NCBI RefSeq assembly: GCF_001194135.2
Contig: NC_068987.1
Coordinates: forward strand, 184,879 to 248,878
Length of the DNA stretch: 64,000 nucleotides
Direction: 5' to 3'
Source: Octopus bimaculoides
Taxonomy: Eukaryota
Positions 51,601 to 63,699 of the stretch are shown here, one piece after another (the first letter of the stretch is position 1; the number at the start of each line of letters is the position of its first letter). The notes beneath the pieces are model-generated. The model did not search any database and was not told where the DNA came from. It worked only from the letters and a program-made list of their open reading frames with translations. Made by a program: the position numbers and the translations under genes.

Positions 51601-52129
51601 GACTGGAAACTAGGCTCCAGTCTGATTTTGGCTTGGTTTCTACAGCTGAATGCCCTTCCTAACACCAGAGACGCCAAGGGTGTAAGCGGATGTCTTTTAT
51701 GTGCCACCATCATGGGTGCATTTTACATGTCATTGGCACTGGCCATGAGTCTTGTTCTCAAGCACAGCAAACTGCCAAAGGTCTCTCCGATCATTTGTCA
51801 TTGCCTCGGTGAGACCCAACATCCAAAGATCATAGCTTCACCACCTCATCCTATGTCTTCCTGGGTCTACCTCTTCCGTGTGTGTGGTGCTTTGTGTATC
51901 CTTCACATTAAATGACTTTGTAAACGAGTGTCACCATTGTACAAACGAGGTTGTTTCCAGTCTTCCATGGGAAACATGTCTGGTCTTGAGTAAATATTAC
52001 CTTGCACAGAAATAAGGGGAGAATGGCTACAGGAAGCCCACCTGGCCAGAGAAAACTTGGCATCAATAAATTTCTTGTGATCAATGCAAACATGGAAAAG
52101 TAGAGATTCAACAACAACAACGACGGTGG

Positions 52130-52690
52130 GGGGGGGGGAAGTCAATTACATCGACTGGTACTTATTTCATTGACCCTGGAAGGTAAAGTCAACCTTGGGT
52201 GAATTTGAACTCAGGATGTTAAGCATTTCGCTTGTGCTAATGATTCTGCTAGTTCACTGCCTTATAATAATAATAATAATAATAATAATGATCCTTTCTA
52301 CTAAAGGCACAAGGCCTGAAACTTTGGTGGGAGGGGAGGGCAAGGCGATTACACGGATACCTAATTTATTGACCCCGAAAGGATGAAAGGCAAAGTCCAG
52401 CAGAATTTGAACTCAGAACGTAAAGACAGACGAATTTTGCCGCCTTATAATAATAAAAATAATAATCCTTTCTACTGGCCTCAAATTTGGGGGAAGGGAT
52501 TAAGTCGATTACATTGACCTCAATGCATAACTGGTACTTAATATATCGACCCCGAAAGGATGAAAGGCAAAGTCGAACCCGGTGGAATTTGAACTCGGAA
52601 CGTAGCGGCAGACGAAATATCGCTAAGCATTTCGCCCGGCGTGCTAACGATTCTCTCAGCTCACCGCCTTATAATGATGATGATGATGAT
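52130..52690 (-). mobile_element. Three adjacent SINE family B copies separated by (AAT)n tracts
   Basis: Repeated gaccccgaaaggatgaaaggcaaagtc...ggaatttgaactc. On the minus strand the head has an A-box-like sequence and a GTTCAAATTC B-box. Confidence 0.8.
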
Positions 52691-53447
52691 AAAGCTATAC
52701 CAGCAGACACTGAAGCTGCCTAGTTGCAGTATTGAACCTGAGATCACCTTAGTGGAAATCAAATTTGTTTAAGCTGCAGTCCATGCCCTTTGCTTTTCAT
52801 TAAAAGATAAAGTAGTAGCGATATGCTGAGGTCTATGTTATTAATAAGAGGAGTTGGGGCATAGTTTGCTCGTTGCGAGGAAAAGAAGTCGTTATAATTG
52901 CTGTAAAAAAATGATGAGGAAACCAGCAGATCTGTGAACCAGTGGTTGGTGTTATATACGAATTGCTGTAGCTCTTTTTTTTTTTTTCAATTTAGTCTGG
53001 GTTGTGTATGTGTGGGTAACGGCGCCATCGTTTATATGTAAAATGCCCGTCAAGCTCACAGGCTGCAGCCTTGGAAGCATTCCGTTAGAGCACTTCTGTC
53101 GAACTGAATGCTTCCCATTCATTTACAGAGAACAGCCCCCGCCATCTAGCGACAAATGGGAGGTAACTTAATGTAAACAATGCGTGAGTAAGTGTTGCCA
53201 TGTGAACAAGAGGAGATAAGTGGAGGCGAAAAGTGAGTTGTGAGAGGTGGTTGGTGAGGTGAGGGGCAGGGAGGGCCACGAATCTCTCACATTCAGAAAC
53301 AGTTTGCGTGTCCGATAACAACAAAAGTTGTGAGAGGCCTCTGCCGTCTCCGTCGCTCTACTTTGTCGATTTTGTAAACTTTTAAACTCTTCTCCCCCCC
53401 CCCCCAACTCATGTTAAACCTTGTTTGCCAACAAATTAATTGCAAAA

Positions 53448-54467
53448 ATGACGAACTTACCAACAAACTTACGAACTTCCAAACATGTCTTTTACATAGT
53501 TTTGTTCATTATAGCTATTTATTTTCTCGTTATGGATATTATTCTCTACGTTACACTACAGAACAATGTACTCTGCGAAAAGAATGACGGCATGTACTCT
53601 CCCTTCCGTCCTCTAACTGTGAAACTTCTGATGACCGACCCCTTCGACCACTGGATTACGAGTCCACTCATGGAATACTTTGATGAACTCACCGGATTCA
53701 GCGATATTTTTTATTTCATTACTCCAAACATGATCAGTATTTTCCACATGTGCCTCACTATATTGGCTGGTAAACTGGTCAGTTCACCTTCCTTACACAC
53801 CCGCCGGATTGCTGTGTTAGTCTTTCAGATGCACGGTCTGTTGGACACGCTTGATGGAATAGTTTACCGTGCACGAACAGGTAAAGGGCATTTATTTCAA
53901 TCGCATCGCTCTACTGTGGGTTACGTTATCGACGGTGCGTGTGATACTATTGGTGGAACGGCGCTCTGTATAGGACTGGCTGTTAATTTGTGTCGTAATC
54001 CTCCGTCTAAAAGACAGCAAAATACCTTACCTTGGACAAAAACTGACCTGCTGATGGACAGTCCAAACGGGGCTGCTACAACTACTGAAAAACAAAATGG
54101 ACATGTGAGCAAATTCACGGCTTTTTTTCGTTGCTTTTCATTTGGTATGCAATTACTTCTGGCGGCTGCCATGTGGGACAAAAGTGTAGCCAGACTCTCA
54201 GCTATCCTTCAAGTCCCCATAAAAGATTCCTCTCTAGCTGCTCTTCAGGTAGAATCGTTACACTCTGCCAGTACATCTATTATATTTCTGTTGTGGCGAT
54301 ATTCTTCAGCCATAGCTTTACTTCAGATGGTTTTGTTTGCTATTTTTATAGATAAAGTCTGGGAATTCCTGACATTCATCCTTTACATCGGCTGGCCCGT
54401 CTTGATTGCTGTGATTTTCGTTACTGAACTCCACATAAGAGCTTTACGAGAGAAAATGCACATGTAA
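53448..54467 (+). CDS. CPES: Ceramide phosphoethanolamine synthase (CPES)-type CDP-alcohol phosphotransferase, intronless CDS, about 339 aa
   Basis: FLVMDIILY, TVKLLMTDPFDHWITSPL, FITPNMISIFH, LAGKLVSS..RRIAVLVFQ, LDTLDGIVYRAR..GYVIDGACD, DKVWEFL, VTELHI match the Drosophila Cpes pattern as I recall it. First ATG (aaaaATGA) at 53448. Confidence 0.9.
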   Translation: MTNLPTNLRTSKHVFYIVLFIIAIYFLVMDIILYVTLQNNVLCEKNDGMYSPFRPLTVKLLMTDPFDHWITSPLMEYFDELTGFSDIFYFITPNMISIFHMCLTILAGKLVSSPSLHTRRIAVLVFQMHGLLDTLDGIVYRARTGKGHLFQSHRSTVGYVIDGACDTIGGTALCIGLAVNLCRNPPSKRQQNTLPWTKTDLLMDSPNGAATTTEKQNGHVSKFTAFFRCFSFGMQLLLAAAMWDKSVARLSAILQVPIKDSSLAALQVESLHSASTSIIFLLWRYSSAIALLQMVLFAIFIDKVWEFLTFILYIGWPVLIAVIFVTELHIRALREKMHM

Positions 54468-55173
54468 ATACACACACATATACACACACGAACTTTGTCT
54501 AACCCCGTGGACGGAGCATAAAAGTTTATTTAAGATATTACGGAAATATTTAAACTAGAAAAAACTATTTAACCACCACAACAAAGGAAATAAAGTTCAT
54601 ACTGGAATTTACAATCTGACAAATCACCAAAAGCATAAAATTAACTGAGAAATCTGTAAAAAAAGAACAAGACCCCTAAAAAGTGGTGATCGAACTTTTG
54701 AAGTTAAATTTGGTTTCTCATGAATTTCCCTGAGGCCAAACAACTTTTCTGTGTCAACAACCTAAAGAACAACACAATATGTTTTCTTTTCTATATTTGT
54801 ACTATAATAGGCACATCTAAGATAAATTCTGAAGTTCAGTTGGAAACCACGTGATTCCATAATCGATCTCTTGGTCAAAGGTCTTCTACGATTGCTTCAG
54901 GCTGACCTACAACTTCTGAGGGTAGAATTGGGATACGGAAACTGTGCAGATGCCCGTCACTCTTGCGCGCGCGCGCACACACAAACACACACACACACAC
55001 ACATATATATCTGTGTGCCTATATTTACAACGGTTTAAGAACATTTGGTATTCATGTTATGTCCCAGAACTAACGGTTCGACAAACGGAGATCAATATGC
55101 TCTATACCAAATTGATGTTATTGCATATGTGTAAACCTGCAAAGGTGGTACCCCAGCATGGTCGCAGTCCAGT

Positions 55174-55210
<37 letters not shown>

Positions 55211-55315
55211 CTTTTATAAGTAATATTCTAAAAGAATATATAACTGAACTTATGTTGAGTGCTCAATTATTTTGAGCAAATAAATGTGTATATATGTATC
55301 ATCATCATCATCATC

Positions 55316-55966
55316 AATAAACTCATCAATAATATACTCAGGAAATCAATATCTAATATTTTGAAAGACATACATCCAACATGACACGTCAACATAATAA
55401 ATTTAAAATTTAAAATATAAATATCAATATATATAAAAATCTGAATATAGATAAATATATGTGTGAATATATATGCGTATAAAAATTTATGCGTAATTAA
55501 GCATGAATATTGTAAAGTCTAAAATATAAAATATAAAGAAACCTAAAATTTAAAGAGTTAAATATCTTACGATCGTTTCACGGATATTACTATAATCACA
55601 AAGTCATCCAAAGATCATCTTATTATCAGTAATTCTGCTCTTCAGAGATGCATTAAGAACCAATAGTACATATATATAATATTAAAACATTAGAAATATT
55701 AAAAAATTAAAAATAATAATAAAATATATACTGTCCTTTCTATAAATTGTCAAATTAATCCTTCTGAAATATGTAAAGTTCATTCCTTTCATCCTTTGTT
55801 GAAATTTTAAGAGTTAAACACTTATTTGTATAAGAATTGGTATATATTTTTCTAAATGTATAGAAGACCTCGGCAAAACTCATTCCGAATAGAGATTACG
55901 AACACGTCTAATGTCTTTCAAAATATTAAATATTGATTTCCTGAGTATATTATTGATGAGTTTATT
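55316..55966. mobile_element. 650-bp AT-rich element bounded by 56-bp inverted repeats (1 mismatch), probably Penelope-derived
   Basis: 55316-55371 aataaactcatcaataatatactcaggaaatcaatatctaatattttgaaagacat versus 55911-55966; contains the hammerhead motif below. Confidence 0.75.
55564..55649 (-). ncRNA. Minimal type I hammerhead ribozyme motif (Penelope-type)
   Basis: Minus strand reads AUCU-CUGAAGA-[G...AUUACU...AGUAAU...U]-GAAA-C-GAUC-G-UA-AGAU. This gives an intact core, 4-bp helix I and a palindromic GAUC loop on a minimal helix III. Confidence 0.6.
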
Positions 55967-56003
55967 AATTTATTAATAATATAAAAACACATATATACAC
56001 ACA

Positions 56004-56063
<60 letters not shown>

Positions 56064-56195
56064 AAGAGAGAGAGAGAGAGAGAGAGATGGTATTCCGTGG
56101 TACATTTAGAGTTTGTTGAAAAACATGATTTTTAACTCATTTCGATGTCAGGGTTTGTTGCTAACGATTGCTTATCCCCAGCAAGGAACAGACTG

Positions 56196-56240
<45 letters not shown>

Positions 56241-58282
56241 ATGCATGAATATTTCAGTCACTGGACTGAATATATATATATATATACATACACACACACA
56301 TACACAGAGGTGTACGCGTGTGTGTAACTTAAATGCCTTAAAAAAAAACCACGTTATGTTGTCAGTTTTATTGTTGCTATCTACGACAACAATGACAAGG
56401 TGGAATGTTTTGCGGTAAGTGAAGTTATCTTTCAAATTGTTTCGTTTACCTCTTGTTTGGTCGCGTCTATCAACGACTTGCACCTGGCCGCGCCAGGTTA
56501 GACTTTTTTCACCTGAGTCATATTTGTTGTGCAGATTGCTCGCCTCTAAATCTGTCCAGTAGAAGAAACTGCGCAACAATTACATTTTTTTCTTAAACGG
56601 AAGGAGATGCTGGGCCCGTGGTCTCTTCACTCACAGGCCCTTCAAAACCGGTGAGGTAATTGCCGTTGTGTATAATAAATATGTTGAATGATGGTGAGTT
56701 TGAAAATTTAATTCTATCAAACGAAACTACGAATGAATGACAGAAAAATAAAAAGTATAAAAAAATAACAGTAAAGAAAATCCTGCGGAAAAGTTTATTT
56801 TTGTATAAACGACCAACTTTGAACAACTCAACGTTTTGTACCTGTTTTAATCTGAATAAAATGAAAACCCGACACCTCACGTTTTTTCCTTCCAAATTCC
56901 GACACCAAGACATTTCCTTCAACTTTTTGTGTTGTTTAAGCCTCCGATCGACTCTGATCTGCCAACAGACTTGTGTGTGTGTGTGGGGGGGCGTAATCAC
57001 ACACGTACAGACGCGTGTGCGCTTAACGCAAACCTTTTCTGGTAAATATTTTAAGCTGTGTCATTAGTCAATATGATTAATGTAGAACAGATTTAAATAA
57101 CCCAGAGAAAAATCACTCACCACAAACACATGTGGACAGCATACCTAACTGGCGACAGCAATACACACACACACACACACACACACACACGCGCACACAT
57201 TTGAAAAAGTTTCAGGTTTTTGTTTAATTTTTTTTTTTTGATTTACTGAAAGTCAATCTCGAACCAATTCTGATCAAATAAAACTATGATCATCATATAT
57301 ATGCATTCCAAGCGTGGCCATCGCATATTTTGGAATGCAGTGGTAAGTTCATGGTTTTAACAAGCTGGAGCAGTACTTCTGCCGCGATACCCTCCACGAG
57401 TTTTAAAAGTAATTTGTAAAACGTGTCGTTCATTATTTAATTGTATCCCAACAATAATTAATAAACAATAATTTTGTAAATCTTTTTCTTTTGTTTTAAC
57501 TCTCCATGTATTTTTGTTCATCATTTTTCCCGACCACTACGCAATTAGATACGTTGCCATTTGAGGCTTATTGTACTGCTATTTCTAGCAGGTGAATCCT
57601 TTATCTGAATTATTTTGCCTTGCTGTGAAATTATAAACACTTTGTAAACTATATGACATGTCTAAACATTCCAACTGTGACTCTCCCAATTTTTATTCGC
57701 AATATATAAAATAATGAAGTCGTAGAAATACTGTCCATTGTATTTTTTTTTAAATAATGTTTTGTTATGTGAGTGAGATATCGCTGTTGTTTCTAGCCAG
57801 TCAATCGACTGCTTCCTCTGTCAGATGATGTTAATGGTAATAATCTTCTACGTGTTTTATTTCGTTTAATTTCAATTACGCGATTTAAAAAGTTTCTTTT
57901 TCACCATCCCCCCCTCTTTATCTTTCCTTTACTCTCACCGCCACCATTACTACTCCTCTCACTCACGCTCCTACACTCACGCTCCTACACTCATTCCTTC
58001 ACTCCCATTTTCACGTTTAATAATAGAAATAAATTTGGTATTTGGTTGACATTCCTCAACACACTGTGTGTGTGTGTGCAGCAGGTCGTTGTTGTTGGTG
58101 GTGGTGGTGGCTAGAGGAGGTCGACGGTGACATGGGTATGTAACGGTTGTGGTAGTGGTGGAAACAGGGATACAGGAGTTACGGTTGTGTTGGCCGTGGT
58201 GCTGGGTCATTGCCAGTGAAGTAACGTGCAAGTGGTTAACCTGTTAGACATAACAACTAAATCTTAAGAAATATTGGATCTA

Positions 58283-58836
58283 TTTTGAAACGGGGGCCAC
58301 ATTTTTCATTAATGTTTTACGTAGTGTTTTTGGTACCGAAAGACTTTCAAACTTCGTATACTTATCTATTTTGTGTTATAGAACAGAAAAATATTTTTGT
58401 ATTCGAATTTATTTCATGTAAAAAATTGTCTTATTTCGATAATTTCAACCAATCACTGACAAGTATTCAGTTGTTTATATTTACTCCTTTCGCTGATTAA
58501 GCGATGTAAAGCGTATTTAATCTCCATACCTTTGTTTTATTTGCTTTTTTCATTTTAAATTTGCTTTAACCCTAACCCTAACCCTAAGGTTAGGGTTAGG
58601 GTTAATTGTTTCAGAATCGTTTGTTTATGTAGTCGGCACTTAATGTATATCGGCTGAATGGACGTCAGTGATTGGTTGAAATTACAGAAATACGACAACT
58701 TTAACATGGAATAACTTATGGATTTCTTTTTTTTTAAAGAAGACTAAGAGAAAAAGATGTTTTATATGACACATTCTACCAGTGTTCCAAGTTTCAAAGT
58801 GTTTCGTTAATGAAAAATGTGGCCCCCGTTTTAAAA
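58283..58836. mobile_element. 554-bp MITE with nested inverted repeats and a central telomeric palindrome
   Basis: 30-bp TIR ttttgaaacgggggccacatttttcattaa; inner IR atttcaaccaatcactgac; centre ttaaccctaaccctaacc-ctaa-ggttagggttagggttaa. Confidence 0.88.
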
Positions 58837-59739
58837 CTGATGTTATTGGAATTACATCACTCGCATATAGTTTCTCGATTTGAAATCCATTGAGAGGAAG
58901 GATTAGAATCTACATTTCGTTCAAATATTTCTCCTCAGACATAATATTACTAAACACGTCTGCTGCGATTCTCTGCAACCATCACTTTCTCTCTCTCTCA
59001 CATACACACACACACTCTCTCTATCTCTGTTGATTCTTTTACCTTTATTGATCATCAAGTTACCATGACTCTTCCCAGCTCTGTTTTATTTCTTTCCTCC
59101 TCTCACCTGGAATGAGGACGATGCTAACGAGGTCCAATAAGACGTCAACAGCTCTCATATTGTCTCCTATGTTTGCGAGACTAATTAAAACACTACCAGT
59201 GATAAATATTGTCTTTACTGATTTGAAATAAATTCAGTAAAGAATTAATATTTCTCATTAGTTTTACACGGATACATTGAACCTTAACAGGATGATGAAG
59301 ATATTAATTTCAAAATTACAACAACACCAACAAAATAATGTTTATATCCTGAACCTTCTTCCTTAGAGAAACAATGTAGTGTGTTGTGCTTATTAACAAA
59401 CTTTAACGTAGAAGTCTGTGACTGTGTGTGTATTCAATATTTGCATATCATCTTTACAATCACCACCAATATATATATATATATATANNNNNNNNNNNNN
59501 NNNNNNNNNNNNNNNNNNNNNNNNNNNNNNNNNNNNNNNNNNNNNNNNNNNNNNNNNNNNNNNNNNNNNNNNNNNNNNNNNNNNNNNNNNNNNNNNNNNN
59601 NNNNNNNNNNNNNNNNNNNNNNNNNNNNNNNNNNNNNNNNNNNNNNNNNNNNNNNNNNNNNNNNNNNNNNNNNNNNNNNNNNNNNNNNNNNNNNNNNNNN
59701 NNNNNNNNNNNNNNNNNNNNNNNNNNNNNNNNNNNNNAA

Positions 59740-60480
59740 GCTAGCCATTTTCTTTTCTTCCATTTCACTATTGTCCTCTGCTGCAACTTGTATTACTAAC
59801 ATGCTAAACGATCCTTAAATTAACTTCGTAAACGAGATTGTAGAGATGCTTGAAAGGGGGCATGTTGATGTATGTTGCATCCAAGAGGTTAGGTGGAGAG
59901 GAGCTTCAGCTAGGTTCCTCACAGGCAAGACATATAGGTATAAAATCTTCTGGGAAGGTAACAGTGACAGAATAGGTAGTGTGAGCATACTCCTTGCTGA
60001 GAAATAGGTCTAGAAGGTCATAGAAGTAGTATGCGATAGAGTGCTTAAGCTCAGGCTAGTCTTGCATATGTCTCACAAGCGGGCCTACCAAATGAACGGA
60101 AGGAACACCTTTTATGATATTCTTCTGCAGGCTACCTCCAAGATGAGTGACAATGATCTCAACTTCGTGGCTGGGGAGAAACAGAAAAGAAGTTTGCCGA
60201 TGTTCAGCGATGTGTGGACTAACGAACTGGTAAGTCATAGGAAAGAAATGTGTGCGCATGGATGATGATGCACTTGCTTTTAATGAGTCTGCAAGGAAAG
60301 AGGCATGGAGATGCCACTATAAAAAAACTGCTGAATGTGCAAAATGAATGGGAGGAGGAGAATCTGCCAAAGGTTGAGTCAATTGGGGGACCAGCTACCT
60401 GAATTGACAGTACTCTAGTAGATAAAGCTATTAAGGATATGAAGACAGGGAAAGCCCCCCCCCCCCTGACCCATCAGGAA
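59740..60480 (+). mobile_element. RTE 5' fragment (APE endonuclease region), decayed
   Basis: VDVCCIQEVRWRGASARFL..YKIFWEG; later gataaagctattaaggatatgaagacagggaaagcccc as in the 1585-4110 element. Confidence 0.82.
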
Positions 60481-60484
60481 TAAT

Positions 60485-61317
60485 TTAAATGAGGAAAGGA
60501 GAAGTCAAATTGACATTACAATTATTTCTGTAAACGGATGATATTATTTATTCTATATCTCATATATAATGTTACGTAGACGCCATAACATGTGGAAATA
60601 TTAATGTGGAAATATGTAATGTGGAAATATGTAATGTGGAAATATGTAATGATGCTCCTCGCGTCCATGCATTTTCTTAGATGTCATGATTTGAAGACAC
60701 GATATCAATCTAATGGATTTTTGCGAGATGAGTTCTTTGGGGCATTATTATTTCACTTGTTTTAGTCATTTGACTGCGACCATGTTTACAATATGTAAAT
60801 AGACTGAAAGCTTTCACTTGATATTTTCTGTAAAATTAAGACAATTAATCATGATAAAAGGCAGATGAGTAAATCAAAAACCTCAAAGCATTTTCGGTGG
60901 AACGATAACCGGCCATTTAATAGCATTAACGCGACATTTGACATTTGCAATAAACAGACTAGCAAAAGAATGTCCACATTATGAACTCGTGCCCTCAAAT
61001 CATAACATCCAAAGAAGAAAACTGACCATAAGAATATTATTCTATGTTACAATATACTTAATTTATAGACCCAAAAGGATGAAAGGCAAAGGCAAAGTCA
61101 ACCTCAGAACGTGAAGACAGACGAAATACTGCTAAGCATTTCGCCCGGCGTGCTAACGATTCTGCCAGCACGCCGCCGCCCTGTATGTTACAATATATTA
61201 TGTCATATATTATATAACATTATATGAACTGCTCAGCGTTGGATGAAATATGGAATGATTTCGTTTGTTTACGGAAACAGTTGTAATGTCGATTTGACTT
61301 CTCCTTCCCTCATTTGA
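60485..61317. mobile_element. About 830-bp element with about 52-bp inverted repeats; contains a 15-bp tandem repeat and a nested SINE
   Basis: aaatgaggaaaggagaagtcaaattgacattacaattatttctgtaaac versus the reverse complement of 61268-61317; (aatgtggaaatatgt)n near 60600-60650. Confidence 0.7.
61057..61183 (-). mobile_element. Truncated SINE family B insertion with a 14-bp TSD
   Basis: tatgttacaatata at 61043-61056 and again at 61184-61197. Confidence 0.85.
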
Positions 61318-62143
61318 TGTGTACACATACACACACACACACACACACACATGGAAGCATGTGGTTTAGTGGTTCGGATGTTGCACTCATGGTCGTAAGA
61401 TTATAATCTAGATTCCTCTTCTTGTTGAACACCTCATTTTGTGTTGCTTGGTCCACTCAGCTGCGAAATATGAGTAATGAGTGATTGACACAGTCTGGCG
61501 TGATGTTGTATGCAATTAGGTCACGACTGTATTAGTAATTAGCAATATCAAATGAAACACTCTTCAAAGGAACAATCCTATTGTTAAAGAAACACGTGGG
61601 ATTTTATAGAAGCAATTACATATATATTCTTGAATTGTCACACTTCATTCTCATTTTTCGTCCTCATTCACCTGAATAAAAGCTTGTTTGTCAGTTAGTC
61701 TTCGTTACTAGTATCTCAGCCTACTTTCCATTGCTCGCTAAATTGTTCATCGAACCCATTTTGAAAATAAAATCCTGCTCCATTCACTGCTACAATCTTG
61801 TTGAATGCTCCAGCAACCTTCAATTCACTTTCTAAAACACTTCAACAGACGAAAGCTCAAAAGGAGCTTTTTTTGTAATGGATTTCATATTCTTTTATTT
61901 AACCAGACAGAAAAATTAAAGTCCTACAAGTTATTTTATTTCTCTACACATACAGAGCAACATTTATGGTTTCAGAACCGGTCTGGTTGCTTTTGTTATA
62001 GAAATAAATAGTTCAGTAACTTGTAGCACAGCTAGCATGTTTTGTTTTAATCACGCCAGATACTTTGGTTTAAATTAAGCGTTTAAAAACAAACCATCTA
62101 AAAGACTCCCAGTGCATTTTCAACTCATTTCTCTCTCTCTCTC

Positions 62144-62224
<81 letters not shown>

Positions 62225-62410
62225 NNNNNNNNNNNNNNNNNNNNNNNNNNNNNNNNNNNNNNNNNNNNNNNNNNNNNNNNNNNNNNNNNNNNNNNNNNNN
62301 NNNNNNNNNNNNNNNNNNNNNNNNNNNNNNNNNNNNNNNNNNNNNNNNNNNNNNNNNNNNNNNNNNNNNNNNNNNNNNNNNNNNNNNNNNNNNNNNNNNN
62401 NNNNNNNNNN

Positions 62411-62455
<45 letters not shown>

Positions 62456-62729
62456 GCGTGTGTGTTTATGCAGGCTGCGCAAATTTGTTTCTTGTTTTGA
62501 AAAGCATAATTTAGGTTTCGGCCAGTATTGGCCCAGGCCATGTCTAACTTAATAGCACCACCCAATGAAGTCTTTTAATCATATATGGGGCACCATGACC
62601 CACCCGAGCAAAGGGTTATTATTGTTGGAGACATATCCAGGAGTAGGAGGTTGGTCCGGGATTTTTTGAGAAATTTGTCCAGAGAACTTTTGAATTTTAT
62701 AGGATCTGTTACCGTTATGATGTATTGTG

Positions 62730-62768
62730 GGGTTAGGGTTAGGGTTAGGGTTAGGGTTAGGGTTAGGG
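62730..62768 (+). repeat. Interstitial telomeric repeat (GGGTTA)6GGG
   Basis: Perfect hexamer run. Confidence 0.95.
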
Positions 62769-62859
62769 TATATAAACTAGATTATTTTCTTTATTCTCTT
62801 ATGCAATATAATCACCTTCAGTCTCAATGACTGCTTTTATTCGAGATCAAAATCGTCTC

Positions 62860-63600
62860 CTTTGCTCGAATGAAATGGTCCGGGTTCACATCGGACATTA
62901 CTCTGACTGGCAGCTTTCAAAACAATCATTGGTGTTGTGTGGATGGTGATTGATGTCTCCCTCAGCAACGCTCCACACATAAAAGTCGAATGGATTGAGA
63001 TCAAGTGAACTTGGAGGTCAAATGTTAAGGGTCATGAAAATTGTCAGCCATCCATTCTTGGGTTTTCTGAGCCTTATGTGATGGTTCAGAGTCCTGCTGA
63101 GACACGTACAGCCGCCCATCCATAGCCTGACAACTATTTCCAGGACTTCAATGTAGCCAACGGAGTTAATTCTAAGACCTTGTGGAAAGGAACGAGGTGG
63201 CATCCCATATCCTTCTTTAGTGACAATTCCAAAGCCACGGCGCTGGTCCTGGTCAAAGTTTTGCTCGTCCGAGAAAAACTAAATCATGTTCTTCTGGGTT
63301 TTTAATTTGTTTAATAACCTTTTAGATCTGATCAAACGATTTTCCTTTTTTTTTCCTGTCATGGCCTCGCCTCATCACGTAAGACTTGTACCGGATGTCT
63401 TCATGGACAGCATTTCTGATTGACCCGTCTGACACATAGAGATCTTTTGTAATTGACCTCATGGATTTTCTGGAATTTCTGTCAATGATCTGCTGAACTA
63501 GTTGGATAAATTCGGGTGGTTCAGATGGTGGCGTCGGATCGTTGGGAATGCTTCTTGTGTTTCGATACTGATGGCACCATTCCATCGGACGCCTCTAACT
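62860..63600 (-). mobile_element. Second decayed maT/mariner-type transposase fragment
   Basis: IRYKSYVMRRG, FFSDEQNF-like segment, PPSSLDLNPFDFYVWSVAEG. Confidence 0.8.
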
Positions 63601-63699
63601 CTTTCTGAACATTGGTGACTTTTAAATTGCTGTGCTCAGCTTTTGAAGCCGCAACTACAGCTTGCCCCGTCATTTCTTGGATTAAGATGAGTGTGTCTG

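Noticed and set aside
52560-52670. tRNA gene suggested by A/B-box-like motifs
   Set aside because: The motifs belong to a multi-copy SINE head, and no cloverleaf can be completed.
53421-53447. TTG start of the ORF-track CPES model
   Set aside because: In a eukaryotic gene the first ATG (53448, A at -3) is preferred. An upstream non-coding exon remains possible.
17087-62565. Numerous track ORFs made of X runs or YIYI/ERER/CVCV/HTHT repeats
   Set aside because: Artefacts of N-gaps and microsatellites.
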